From an archaeon (GTDB lineage: Archaea; Nanobdellota; Nanobdellia; SCGC-AAA011-G17; GW2011-AR17), in NCBI GenBank assembly GCA_043814545.1, contig JBDRJY010000018.1, forward strand, positions 18,046-82,045: a stretch of DNA of 64,000 bases, written 5' to 3'. Numbering within the stretch: the stretch's first letter is position 1; each line of letters opens with the position of its first letter. Position numbers and translations under genes: made by a program. This document shows, piece after piece, positions 1 to 8,216 of this stretch. Below the pieces are notes generated by a model. It had not been told where the DNA came from. It saw only the letters and a program-made list of their open reading frames with translations, and did no database searches.

Positions 1-837
1 AATTCTTTAGAAGCTGAAGTTTTTGTATCAGGCGAACCATGTTGGGGCGCTTGCGATTTAGCAATTAACGATGCTAAAGAACTTAAGGTGGACGCAATTA
101 TAATTTTCGGCCACGCTCCGTTTATTAAAACAGACATACCAATCATTTACGCGGAAACGCCTTACCTGAAAGACATCCCTAACGATTTACTAATTAAATT
201 GAAAGAAAAACTACAACCTTACAACAAAATTGGCTTAGCTGCATCAATCCAACACGTTCACCAATTACAAAATTTACAATTAAACAAACCAACTTTGATA
301 GCACCACAGTCAGGAAGAAACATATGCGAAGGTCAAGTTTTAGGCTGCGACTGTTCTGGAACAAAACAAATTCAAAGAGAAGTTGATGTTATACTAGTAA
401 TAGGAACAAGGTTTCATGCATTAGGTGTAGCATTAAACACAAGTAATCCAGTTATACTTTTAGATTTATACAATGAAGAAATTTTAAACATGGAAGAAGA
501 TAAAAACAAAATGTTACAAAAGCGTTACGCGCAAATTGAAAAAGCTAAAGAAGCAAAAAAGTTTGCAATCTTAATTTCTCTAAAACCTGGACAAAAAGAA
601 ATGCAATTAGCTAAACAATTACAGATAAAAAACTCAATAACAATTTCAATAACAGAAATAACACCTGAAAAACTAATACAATTCTACGACATAGACTGTT
701 TCATTAGTTTAGCATGTCCAAGGTTAGTAGTAGAAGAGTCAGCGAGGTTCACAAAACCCCTACTTAACTACAAAGAATATTTGGTTTTAACAAATCAATT
801 AGAATGGAATGATATTTTAAAATCAGGTTTGTATTAA
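1..837 (+). CDS. dph2: Diphthamide biosynthesis 2-(3-amino-3-carboxypropyl)histidine synthase Dph2, 5'-partial; reading frame is open from position 1
   Basis: Frame 1 translation from nt 1 gives ...GEPCWGACD..., the Dph2-type Cys motif. It continues into the listed 88..837 ORF and contains a second Cys (GCDCSG) region. Confidence 0.6.
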   Translation, partial: NSLEAEVFVSGEPCWGACDLAINDAKELKVDAIIIFGHAPFIKTDIPIIYAETPYLKDIPNDLLIKLKEKLQPYNKIGLAASIQHVHQLQNLQLNKPTLIAPQSGRNICEGQVLGCDCSGTKQIQREVDVILVIGTRFHALGVALNTSNPVILLDLYNEEILNMEEDKNKMLQKRYAQIEKAKEAKKFAILISLKPGQKEMQLAKQLQIKNSITISITEITPEKLIQFYDIDCFISLACPRLVVEESARFTKPLLNYKEYLVLTNQLEWNDILKSGLY

Positions 838-1362
838 TTATTTCTTCAATTTTTCAATCTTAGTTTTTTCAGAAATAATCGCTGAGTTACCTGAAGGATC
901 TTCAATAATAATCTTAAGCTTCTCATCGCCGTACTTAACCTTACGCATTTTTTTCAAAAGGTTTTTAGCTTTTTTCTTGATAGCAGGATCATCAGCATTA
1001 TCACGTTGTTCTTCAATAATTTTTTCAAATCTGTCAAGTAAACCTTCAACATTAGAAATATAGCCGATAGAAGCAGGACCGGGTTCAACACTCATTCGCA
1101 TTTGCGGAATTTTAACAGTTGCTTCAGAACTTTTAACAACTCTAACTTTCAGATCTTTCTCTGATTCTACCTCAAACGTAATCTTGCAAGGTTCTTTACT
1201 ATCAGCAGCTTCAACATCTGATTTATGAAACTTACAATTAGAACAAGTCATAGAAAATAAAAATACTTTACCAAAGTAAGGTATATCCATTTCTTCCTCT
1301 CTCAAGGTAAGGTTTTTTGTATGACAAAATCCACACATTTCTCCTTTAATTTCATCAACCAT
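838..1362 (-). CDS. ZPR1-type zinc-finger protein
   Basis: N-terminal C4 zinc ribbon (CGFC...CSNC) followed by a beta-rich domain, typical of archaeal ZPR1 (COG1779). Confidence 0.55.
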   Translation of the reverse strand: MVDEIKGEMCGFCHTKNLTLREEEMDIPYFGKVFLFSMTCSNCKFHKSDVEAADSKEPCKITFEVESEKDLKVRVVKSSEATVKIPQMRMSVEPGPASIGYISNVEGLLDRFEKIIEEQRDNADDPAIKKKAKNLLKKMRKVKYGDEKLKIIIEDPSGNSAIISEKTKIEKLKK

Positions 1363-1448
1363 GCAACAAAAAAAGAATTCAACTATTTATAAAACTTTTG
1401 AAAGAAGAAAACTATTTATATTTTTAATAACTCTAGGTTAACTAGAAA

Positions 1449-2018
1449 ATGACTGACTTTAAAAATAGGGACGATGTACCTAAAGATTTACAAACTTTGT
1501 TAAATTCTATTAAAAAATATCAAGGTGAATATGAATATGAAAGAGATTATTTAAAAGTTTATGAAAAGTTAAAAGATACAAACCCATTTTCAGTCTTAGT
1601 TTTTTATGAAAATCATTTTGAACGTACACAAAAGAAAGTTAGGCAAAGAAAAAAACTTAACCCATTTATGCCTGAAAGAATGTTAGCAGGCTTTGCCAGA
1701 TATATACAATTTTATTTCACTCCGGAATTAGAAGAAATGCGTTTAGGCAGCAATCCAGGATCTGGTTACCGCGTCACACAAAGAGTTTACGCTTTATCTT
1801 TAGCTAAACTTTCTGAAACAAAAGATATTCCAACACATATTCTTCTTTTAGATAAAGACGAAACTGTTAAGCATGTATATAGCAGTCCTACATTAATAGT
1901 CCAACCACATGAAGTGATACTAAATGAATCTTCTGAAGCTTACAGAATTCTAAAAAACACAACTAAAGCTTATTCTAGAACTAAAGAGGATTTAATAGAA
2001 TCTATATTTTTACTTTAA
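1449..2018 (+). CDS. hypothetical protein
   Basis: Clean ORF with TATA-like elements at about 1391 and 1415 upstream; no recognisable motif. Confidence 0.45.
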   Translation: MTDFKNRDDVPKDLQTLLNSIKKYQGEYEYERDYLKVYEKLKDTNPFSVLVFYENHFERTQKKVRQRKKLNPFMPERMLAGFARYIQFYFTPELEEMRLGSNPGSGYRVTQRVYALSLAKLSETKDIPTHILLLDKDETVKHVYSSPTLIVQPHEVILNESSEAYRILKNTTKAYSRTKEDLIESIFLL

Positions 2019-2030
2019 TAAGAAAAAAAA

Positions 2031-2456
2031 TTAATATTGGTCAATTGAGTTTCGCGGTGCCGAAGGTACAGCAGCTCTAAAAACTTGTGCAAATGAGGGT
2101 GTAACAACAATCCAATTTTCACCGAATCCTGCAATATCTCCGTCTAAAGCATCGCATGTTTTCTTTAATTTGTTAACAACACGTTTTAACTCAATAAGAT
2201 CTTTATCTTTAAGATGTTTTATATTAACCAAACCTATAGTATAACCGCCTCTCAAATCATCAAGAATTTCACGCAAATCAGTGAACTCTTTAACTGAATA
2301 GGGTTTGACTGTGACTTTAGCTTTATTTGTTTCGACTTCTTCAGAATGATCAATTTCAAGGTAATCATCATCCATTTCGTCTGGGTAAAGGTCTTCACTC
2401 ATACTACCAACGATTTTGTCCTTTATTCTTGCGAATGTGTCTCTCATATTATGCAC
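2031..2456 (-). CDS. sepF: Cell division protein SepF-like (DUF552)
   Basis: C-terminal YTIGLVNIKHL...DGDIAGFGENWIVVTPSF matches the SepF/DUF552 core; acidic N-terminal linker. Confidence 0.6.
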   Translation of the reverse strand: MHNMRDTFARIKDKIVGSMSEDLYPDEMDDDYLEIDHSEEVETNKAKVTVKPYSVKEFTDLREILDDLRGGYTIGLVNIKHLKDKDLIELKRVVNKLKKTCDALDGDIAGFGENWIVVTPSFAQVFRAAVPSAPRNSIDQY

Positions 2457-2521
2457 CCTCCAATTAATTTTTAGATATAAATATTCAATATATAAGTATT
2501 TGTATTCTTGAGCGTTGATTT

Positions 2522-2791
2522 TTATAGGCCAAACTCTTTATATGCCTTAATCTGGCTAATTAACTCTAGAATTTGATATTTTGTATAATTAGGCAATTTA
2601 GGATTTTTACTTAACTGATCTAGTTCTTTTAAAGCATTATGAAGCTTGACTATTTGTATTTCGTTACGGTTTTGTAAAGTTTTCTTTACGGATTTAATGT
2701 GTTTTCTTACTTCTAGCGGAACACTCTCATCTTTTTCAATCTGTCTTAAAGATTTGAATATCTTGGTTTTGTGCCTATCTCTTTTTCTAAC
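2522..2791 (-). pseudogene. UPF0147-family paralog with no canonical start codon (stop-to-stop frame); possible pseudogene or non-canonical start
   Basis: Manual minus-strand translation VRKRDRHKTKIFKSLRQIEKDESVPLEVRKHIKSVKKTLQNRNEIQIVKLHNALKELDQLSKNPKLPNYTKYQILELISQIKAYKEFGL is clearly paralogous to the ORF at 2845..3093. There is no ATG/GTG/TTG between the upstream TAA and the conserved core. A minus-oriented BRE/TATA (ccaaccTTTATAAAag) lies at about 2816-2830. Confidence 0.4.
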
Positions 2792-2844
2792 TTAGTTTTA
2801 TATATAGTTTTTAACTTTTATAAAGGTTGGTTTTTAATAGAATT

Positions 2845-3093
2845 CTATAACCCTTCTAACATGCTAACAACGTTCCAAATTTGGGGTCGGACATAAGACG
2901 GAATGTTAGGATCGTCGCTTAATTCATCAAGTTCTTGCAAAGCACGATTAGCCTTGATTTTAAGTTCTTCATCACCTTTCTGTAAAGCGAGAATAGCGTT
3001 TTTAACTTTGCAACGAACATTCTTAGGTACACTGTCATCTTCTTCAATTTGTGACAAGCAGTCAATCAAGTCTAGTAAGTGTTCGTCTGCCAT
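2845..3093 (-). CDS. UPF0147 family small protein
   Basis: 82-aa acidic helical protein, LSQIEEDDSVPKNVR...SDDPNIPSYVRPQIWNVVSMLE, typical of the archaeal UPF0147 family; last gene of the L37ae-rpoP-pfdB cluster. Confidence 0.55.
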   Translation of the reverse strand: MADEHLLDLIDCLSQIEEDDSVPKNVRCKVKNAILALQKGDEELKIKANRALQELDELSDDPNIPSYVRPQIWNVVSMLEGL

Positions 3094-3117
3094 TGTTTTT
3101 AGTCCCTTAAGTGAAGA

Positions 3118-3450
3118 TTATTTTTTTTCTTTTTGAAGTTGATCCATAACTTCTTTTTGGATAGCTTGTGCTTTATCTTTAAGTGAATCTTCCTGTTTCT
3201 TAATTGTTTTCAACCTTAAATCTAAAACATCTTTATTTTCATTAAGTTCTTTAATTAAATCATTTTTGTTAGATTCAATCATGATGCCACCAAGGATTTT
3301 ATAATTTTTACCTTTTGCATTTTCAAGTTCTTTAAGAGCATTTTTAATTTCAAGAATTTGGTTTTGAAAAGTTTGACGTTGCATCATTGAGTTTGTAAGA
3401 TTTTGTTCAATTACTTGCAACTGTGCAATTTGTTCTTCTTGGTTACTCAT
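3118..3450 (-). CDS. pfdB: Prefoldin beta subunit
   Basis: 110-aa coiled-coil protein with the central GGIMIES hairpin motif of prefoldin beta. Confidence 0.8.
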   Translation of the reverse strand: MSNQEEQIAQLQVIEQNLTNSMMQRQTFQNQILEIKNALKELENAKGKNYKILGGIMIESNKNDLIKELNENKDVLDLRLKTIKKQEDSLKDKAQAIQKEVMDQLQKEKK

Positions 3451-3584
3451 TTTGCCTCCACAACAGTTTGTACTGTTCTAGGTTTGAATATGATTTTACA
3501 ACCGCAGTACGGGCACCGAATTTTCTTTTTAACATAATCAGACTTAATTTCACGTCTACAATCGAAACATTTGTATACAGCCAT
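3447..3584 (-). CDS. rpoP: DNA-directed RNA polymerase subunit P (RpoP/Rpb12)
   Basis: Not in the ORF track. Manual translation MAVYKCFDCRREIKSDYVKKKIRCPYCGCKIIFKPRTVQTVVEAK (45 aa, CxxC...CxxC zinc ribbon). Its stop overlaps the pfdB ATG (ATGA) and its ATG overlaps the L37ae stop by 1 nt. Confidence 0.8.
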   Translation of the reverse strand: MAVYKCFDCRREIKSDYVKKKIRCPYCGCKIIFKPRTVQTVVEAK

Positions 3585-3799
3585 TATTTATCTCCTACAC
3601 GATAAGCTTTGCCAGCAAACTTAGAATCGCATTTTTTACAGTGCCAGATACCAGATGATATACGTTTGACAGTCAGTTGATTACAGTACGGACATTTCTG
3701 TTTAGAATATTGTATTTTTTCTATAGCTTGAACTTTATTACGCATTTTACGGCCATATCTTGCGCCGAACCGTCCTACAGATCCTGTTTTTTTTACCAT
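3584..3799 (-). CDS. rpl37ae: Ribosomal protein L37ae (eL43)
   Basis: MVKKTGSVGRFGARYGRKMRNKV...CPYCN...CKKCDSKFAGKAY. The ORF-track extension to 3877 runs into the tRNA-Pro gene, so the true start is the internal ATG at 3799. Confidence 0.85.
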   Translation of the reverse strand: MVKKTGSVGRFGARYGRKMRNKVQAIEKIQYSKQKCPYCNQLTVKRISSGIWHCKKCDSKFAGKAYRVGDK

Positions 3800-3818
3800 T
3801 TTATTTTCGCATATTAAA

Positions 3819-3893
3819 TGGGATCGCCCGGATTTGAACCGGGGTCGTCGGGTCCCAAACCCGAAAGGATGGACCAAGCTACCCTACGATCCC
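3819..3893 (-). tRNA. tRNA-Pro (anticodon UGG)
   Basis: Minus-strand GGGATCGTAGGGTAGCTTGGTCCATCCTTTCGGGTTTGGGACCCGACGACCCCGGTTCAAATCCGGGCGATCCCA. It has a 7-bp acceptor stem, anticodon loop TTTGGGA and T-loop GGTTCAAATCC. Confidence 0.85.
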
Positions 3894-3899
3894 ATTTGA

Positions 3900-4589
3900 T
3901 TATTTTTTCTTAGTAGCTTCAGGTTTTTTTGTTTCAGCTGCTGATGTTGCAGTAGCTTTCTCAGTTTTAGCTGCAACCTGTGCAGCTTTATCATCAGCAG
4001 CTTTTTTAGAAGCTGCGATTTGATCAAGTTCTCCTTGGAACCCTTTACGAATATTATCAAGTTGTTCTTTAAGTTTAGCACGCTTTTCATCGCTAACTTC
4101 AATTTTACCCGAATTGATAACTTTATCAAACTCGCCAGCATCAATCTTAGGATTAATCTTTAAAGCAACCAAACCTTCAACAAGGACACCCATTGCGTTA
4201 GCTGATCCAATAACAGTTTTAACTGCGCTTCGAAGGTTACGGATAAACAATGAAGTTTCCTTCATCTTAGCGATTTTGATAACATCTTCCATCGCCATGT
4301 TAGCAACTTTGTCAATATTAGGTATACCTGATCCTTTTTGCAGATTAAGTTCTTTCTTAATTAACTGCGAAACTGGTGGCGTACCAACTTCAATTTCAAA
4401 CTCTTTCGTTTCAGTATCTACAGTAACTTTGACAGGAACTTTCATTCCTTTAAATATTTCAGTTTTTTTATTGATGGCTGCAACAACTTCACTAATGTTA
4501 ACTTTTAATGGACCTAAGGCTGGTCCTAATGGTGGCGCTGCAGTTGCTTTTCCGCCTTCAACAAGAGATTCAATTTTTTCTTTAGCCAT
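3900..4589 (-). CDS. rpl11: Ribosomal protein L11 (uL11) with a roughly 65-aa Lys/Ala-rich C-terminal extension
   Basis: N-terminal PPLGPALGPLKVNISEVV L11 signature. Residues after about 165 (KEQLDNIRKGFQGELDQIAASKKAADDKAAQVAAKTEKATATSAAETKKPEATKKK) are low-complexity basic tail. Confidence 0.9.
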   Translation of the reverse strand: MAKEKIESLVEGGKATAAPPLGPALGPLKVNISEVVAAINKKTEIFKGMKVPVKVTVDTETKEFEIEVGTPPVSQLIKKELNLQKGSGIPNIDKVANMAMEDVIKIAKMKETSLFIRNLRSAVKTVIGSANAMGVLVEGLVALKINPKIDAGEFDKVINSGKIEVSDEKRAKLKEQLDNIRKGFQGELDQIAASKKAADDKAAQVAAKTEKATATSAAETKKPEATKKK

Positions 4590-4685
4590 TTTTATCTACT
4601 GAACTTATATACTCTCATTGAGAAATTTATCCCCTTTATAAGCTTTTCTGATTTAGTTTTGGCTTAGCCTTTATTATAGGAAACC

Positions 4686-4693
4686 TTTATAAA
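4686..4693 (+). promoter_or_regulatory. TATA box (aaaccTTTATAAAg) for the J-domain gene, 23 nt upstream of the ATG (leaderless)
   Basis: Matches the recurrent AAACC-TTTATAAA element seen before many genes in this window. Confidence 0.5.
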
Positions 4694-4716
4694 GAAAAAG
4701 TAGAAGTTTTTGAGTT

Positions 4717-5013
4717 ATGAAAGATTATTATAGGGTGTTAGGTATAAGTGATTCTGCTAGTGAGGTAGATATTAAGAAAGCTCATCGTCGGCAGGCTCGT
4801 TATTGGCATCCTGACTTGAACAATAGTCCTGAAGCTACGGAAAGGTTTAAGGAAGTTCAAGAAGCTTATGAAAATTTGTCTTCAAATAGTTCTCAAACTG
4901 ATATTATATTTTCTGATATTATTTTTGGCGAAGGGATTGGTTATTTTTTCTCGTTGAAAGATATTACTGCTAAAGTCAGAGGCCAAGTAATTTATGCGAG
5001 GGGTGGGTTTTGA
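4717..5013 (+). CDS. J-domain (DnaJ-like) protein, small
   Basis: [32 protein letters not shown] with an HPD tripeptide; 98 aa, no Zn-finger or C-terminal domains. Confidence 0.65.
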   Translation: MKDYYRVLGISDSASEVDIKKAHRRQARYWHPDLNNSPEATERFKEVQEAYENLSSNSSQTDIIFSDIIFGEGIGYFFSLKDITAKVRGQVIYARGGF

Positions 5014-5744
5014 ACAAAGATCAGTTAGCTTATTTATTTGGAACTTTGGTTAATCTTCATTCCGAAATAGTTGTATATTCTATAACAATAGGGGTTGTTA
5101 GTTTGGAATATATATTTTTTGACAAAATTGATTTAGATTTTTATAAAACAGCTTTACCTTTAGGAACTTTAACTTTTGGTTTAATTATGTCAAGAGAATT
5201 TGGTAAAGATAAATTGAAAGTTAAGAAGATGAAGAAAATGTTAAAAGCTAACCATGAAAAATATCCGAGACAAGATTATGAAAGAATTGTTTTTGAATAT
5301 CGTGACGGTTTAGAAATGTTGCTTTCGGAAACAGCCAAGAAAGGGAAATATGAATGGGGGACGTGTTATAAATATTCAAGTTCAGAAAATGATGCAGTAA
5401 TAACAGATATTTTATCTCTTGAAGAATCAAAGGAAAAAAAGTTTGTAACTGATGTAAGTGAATCTTCGGTTCAGATAGAATATAATTTTGCAAAAACATT
5501 TGGTTATAACGGCCATCATCATTATCATCCTAAAACAATTAGTAATGGATTAGATGCAGCTAATTTTGTAATTAATCAAAGGGATAGGTCTATTGCAGAC
5601 ATATGTCTTTTAACATTTATGCTTAACGGCAGACCAGAAATAATTGGATATAATTTGTTAAATACTTATATTCCTACTGATGCATCAAAAACAGTTTTGA
5701 CTAAAGCTACTTGGAAAGACATTTACAGGTATTTGGGAAAATAA
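5010..5744 (+). CDS. Membrane-anchored protein with a JAB/MPN-like metal-binding motif (candidate deubiquitinase-like peptidase)
   Basis: TTG start overlapping the J-domain stop (TTGA). Two N-terminal hydrophobic helices. C-terminal [26 protein letters not shown] resembles the JAMM core GW(Y)HSHPxxxxxxSxxD but with shorter spacing (HxHx4Sx3D); Glu residues lie 45-60 aa upstream. Confidence 0.35.
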   Translation: MNKDQLAYLFGTLVNLHSEIVVYSITIGVVSLEYIFFDKIDLDFYKTALPLGTLTFGLIMSREFGKDKLKVKKMKKMLKANHEKYPRQDYERIVFEYRDGLEMLLSETAKKGKYEWGTCYKYSSSENDAVITDILSLEESKEKKFVTDVSESSVQIEYNFAKTFGYNGHHHYHPKTISNGLDAANFVINQRDRSIADICLLTFMLNGRPEIIGYNLLNTYIPTDASKTVLTKATWKDIYRYLGK

Positions 5745-5849
5745 TTCTAAATGTTTAGTTAGTTTATTTGTTTTCGTCGGAAATCTTTCTAAATTTTATG
5801 GCCAAACTTTATTAATATTTTTTTCTTAATCTTTTCCGAGGTGGTTTTA

Positions 5850-6185
5850 ATGGAAAAACATTATTTGTTGTTGAACACGGCTGCACATAAGGCAGCAACA
5901 GGAAGTTTAGGTTTGTTAAAAGAATTAGATCAAGATAGGGTTTTTGGTTCTTTTGAAGAACTGTTAAATTATACAGTTAATGAAAAGTATAAAGGTGATG
6001 AAGCAGACATTGCTAGCGAGGTATTATCATACCTTGACCAACAAGATGGGAAAAACGTCATCTTAGAAATTAACGTGAAAGGTAATAAAGCAAATTTAGA
6101 TGAAAAAGTTAAATCTTATTTTATTGAAAAAGAAGAGGATTATGTATTAGACGTAGAATTAAGTTTACGTTCAAGGGTGGGATGA
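5850..6185 (+). CDS. Small protein with a C-terminal ubiquitin-like (beta-grasp-like) segment ending ...YVLDVELSLRSRVG
   Basis: SD GAGGTGG 5 nt upstream of the ATG at 5850. The C-terminal about 45 aa (VILEINVKGNKANL...YVLDVELSLRSRVG*) parallels the ubiquitin TLHLVLRLRGG tail with a single terminal Gly. The stop lies 1 nt before the next gene. Confidence 0.35.
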   Translation: MEKHYLLLNTAAHKAATGSLGLLKELDQDRVFGSFEELLNYTVNEKYKGDEADIASEVLSYLDQQDGKNVILEINVKGNKANLDEKVKSYFIEKEEDYVLDVELSLRSRVG

Positions 6186-6186
6186 A

Positions 6187-7011
6187 ATGGTTTCACCCTT
6201 TTTTGATTATTTTAATTCTTCTTCTTTTTTAGTGATAGACAATATAATTTATACTATTAAAGAAAATGTTAAATGTGACAAATATTTAAACTTACATAAT
6301 TGCTGTTATGGTTTACAAAAAACGGAACCAGTTTCAATATTTTTAGATTTTAATGAAAAAGATAATAAAACTACTTTGGTAGAATTTGTCTTATGTAGTC
6401 TTATTGGAAAAAATATATCCTCATCGATTCAACCAAAACTAAATTTGTTTAATGAAGACATTTTTGTTTATTTTGGAAAAATGCATTTACTTTTTTCTTT
6501 AGATTCAAATCAGTATACAGTTGGTGCAAAAATTAAAACTTCTTTAAAAGATTATGATTTTTTGTTACAAAAACAGATTTATGTTAACCATCCTTTGATA
6601 AAAAATGTTTTAGATAAAGGAGAATATTATGATCAAGAAAAAGATTTAGGTGTCCATGTCCATAATAACATAGTTTATGTTACCAAACAATCAAAACCTT
6701 TTATGATACAAAATCAATATCATTTTCCTTCCGCAAAAATTGGTGTGCCTTTATATTTATCAGACGAAATTTCTTGGCAAGATCCTATAGTTATTAATGA
6801 TTATACACATCCGGCATTACCATCTAAGAACAAACCTTACCAAAAAATATGTTGTGGTAACTTCAACTTTAACCAAATTCGTGAACGTTATGATTTACCT
6901 TCACAGATTAAATCTGTGCTTTTTCATGCGGAACAATTTTTAACGAAAGGTGTTTGGGATGATGCAGCTGGCGCTTGGCATAGGTTATCAACAATGGAGA
7001 GACCACAATGA
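6187..7011 (+). CDS. Protein with a C-terminal UBC/E2-like domain
   Basis: C-terminal HFPSAKIGVPLYL...YTHPALPSKNKPYQKICCGNFNF...W...SQIKSVLFHAEQFL follows the UBC core pattern FPxxPP...HPN(x)8-10 C...W...SKVLLSIxSLL. Its stop overlaps the E1 ATG (ATGA). Confidence 0.5.
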   Translation: MVSPFFDYFNSSSFLVIDNIIYTIKENVKCDKYLNLHNCCYGLQKTEPVSIFLDFNEKDNKTTLVEFVLCSLIGKNISSSIQPKLNLFNEDIFVYFGKMHLLFSLDSNQYTVGAKIKTSLKDYDFLLQKQIYVNHPLIKNVLDKGEYYDQEKDLGVHVHNNIVYVTKQSKPFMIQNQYHFPSAKIGVPLYLSDEISWQDPIVINDYTHPALPSKNKPYQKICCGNFNFNQIRERYDLPSQIKSVLFHAEQFLTKGVWDDAAGAWHRLSTMERPQ

Positions 7012-8216
7012 ATTATTCAAGACAACGTATGTTTGACCAAAGCCAACTTTTGAATGGTCATGTAACAGTTATTGGTCAGACAAAAATCTCGGAATACCTT
7101 TGTGCTTACTTAGCTGCAATGGGTATAGGTAAGATTAGTTTGATTGGAGAGAAAAATGAAGAAACCAAACCGTTGCAAGAAACAATCTTCGAATTGAATC
7201 CAGATGTATCAGTTAAGATTTTACAACTTCCTTTTCATCGAGCTTTTGTTAATACTGATTCGATTTTAGTTGACACAACAAACTCTTTAGAATCAAAGTT
7301 TAAACTTAAGCAATTTGAAAAATATTTGAGTGCATCTTCTTCAACGGACTCTTTTATTATAAGTCCAGACTTCTTTCACCCCTTAGATTCTCCTCAAGGA
7401 GATTATACTAGTGCTATGGCGGCTGCGATTTTAGTTGACGAGATTCGTAAACAGATTTTTGAAGAGGATATAAATTTAAATTTTTTAACTTATTCGTTAG
7501 GCTCAAATCCAAGATTTTTTTCTAAATTAGAATATGATAATAATGTGGTTTTAAATTCAAAACGTGTTTTGGTAGTTGGAGCAGGGGGTATAGGCACTTA
7601 TGCATGTTTAAATTTAATTCCTTTAGGCGCAAAAATAGATTTATTTGACGGCGATAAAATCGAAGATCATAATTTGAACCGTCAGATTTTTTATTATAAT
7701 GCAATAGGAGAAAACAAAGCTCAGGTTTTGGCTAAGCGCCTTAAACATTTGACACGTTGGTCTCAGTTAAAACCGAATAAAAATTATTTAGACAAAAAAA
7801 CTCTTTACAATCTTCCTGACTACGACTGTATTTTAAGTTGCGTTGATAATTGGGAAACAAGAAAAATATTAAGTAAGTACGCTCTAATAACTGAAACATC
7901 ATTGATTAACGCTTCTGTTACAGCTTACACAGCTTCGTTAGAAATATATGTTCCTGGTTTGACTTCTTGTTTAGAATGTAGGCACGATTTTGACAGGTTA
8001 ATGCAGACAGAAACGGCACCAGCTTCTTGTTCAAACATTGCTAATTCTAATATTGTTTCAACGAACGCGTTTATTGGTGCAATGATGGCTGCTGAGTTTA
8101 AAGCATTAAGTTCTCCACAAATATATCCTCAGATTTACAACTACGAATTTCTTTACGATTCACAATCCAACCATAAATTTGCACAGATCCCAATTGAAGC
8201 GAGGTGTGTACATTGA
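7008..8216 (+). CDS. E1-like (ThiF/MoeB/Uba family) enzyme with tandem adenylation-like domains: degenerate N-terminal, canonical C-terminal
   Basis: Domain 2 has VLVVGAGGIGTYACLNLIPLGAKIDLFDGDKIEDHNLNRQIFY, DCILSCVDNWETRKIL and CxxC (SCLECRHDF). Domain 1 starts with the ThiF-like YSRQ...IGKISLIGE but lacks GxGxxG (VIGQTKISE). Confidence 0.75.
   Translation: MNYSRQRMFDQSQLLNGHVTVIGQTKISEYLCAYLAAMGIGKISLIGEKNEETKPLQETIFELNPDVSVKILQLPFHRAFVNTDSILVDTTNSLESKFKLKQFEKYLSASSSTDSFIISPDFFHPLDSPQGDYTSAMAAAILVDEIRKQIFEEDINLNFLTYSLGSNPRFFSKLEYDNNVVLNSKRVLVVGAGGIGTYACLNLIPLGAKIDLFDGDKIEDHNLNRQIFYYNAIGENKAQVLAKRLKHLTRWSQLKPNKNYLDKKTLYNLPDYDCILSCVDNWETRKILSKYALITETSLINASVTAYTASLEIYVPGLTSCLECRHDFDRLMQTETAPASCSNIANSNIVSTNAFIGAMMAAEFKALSSPQIYPQIYNYEFLYDSQSNHKFAQIPIEARCVH

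Noticed and set aside
3884-4602. ORF-track entries 3884..4144 (-) and 4114..4602 (+) overlapping rpl11
   Set aside because: Low-complexity translations in alternative or antisense frames of a highly conserved L11 gene; no motif; spurious.
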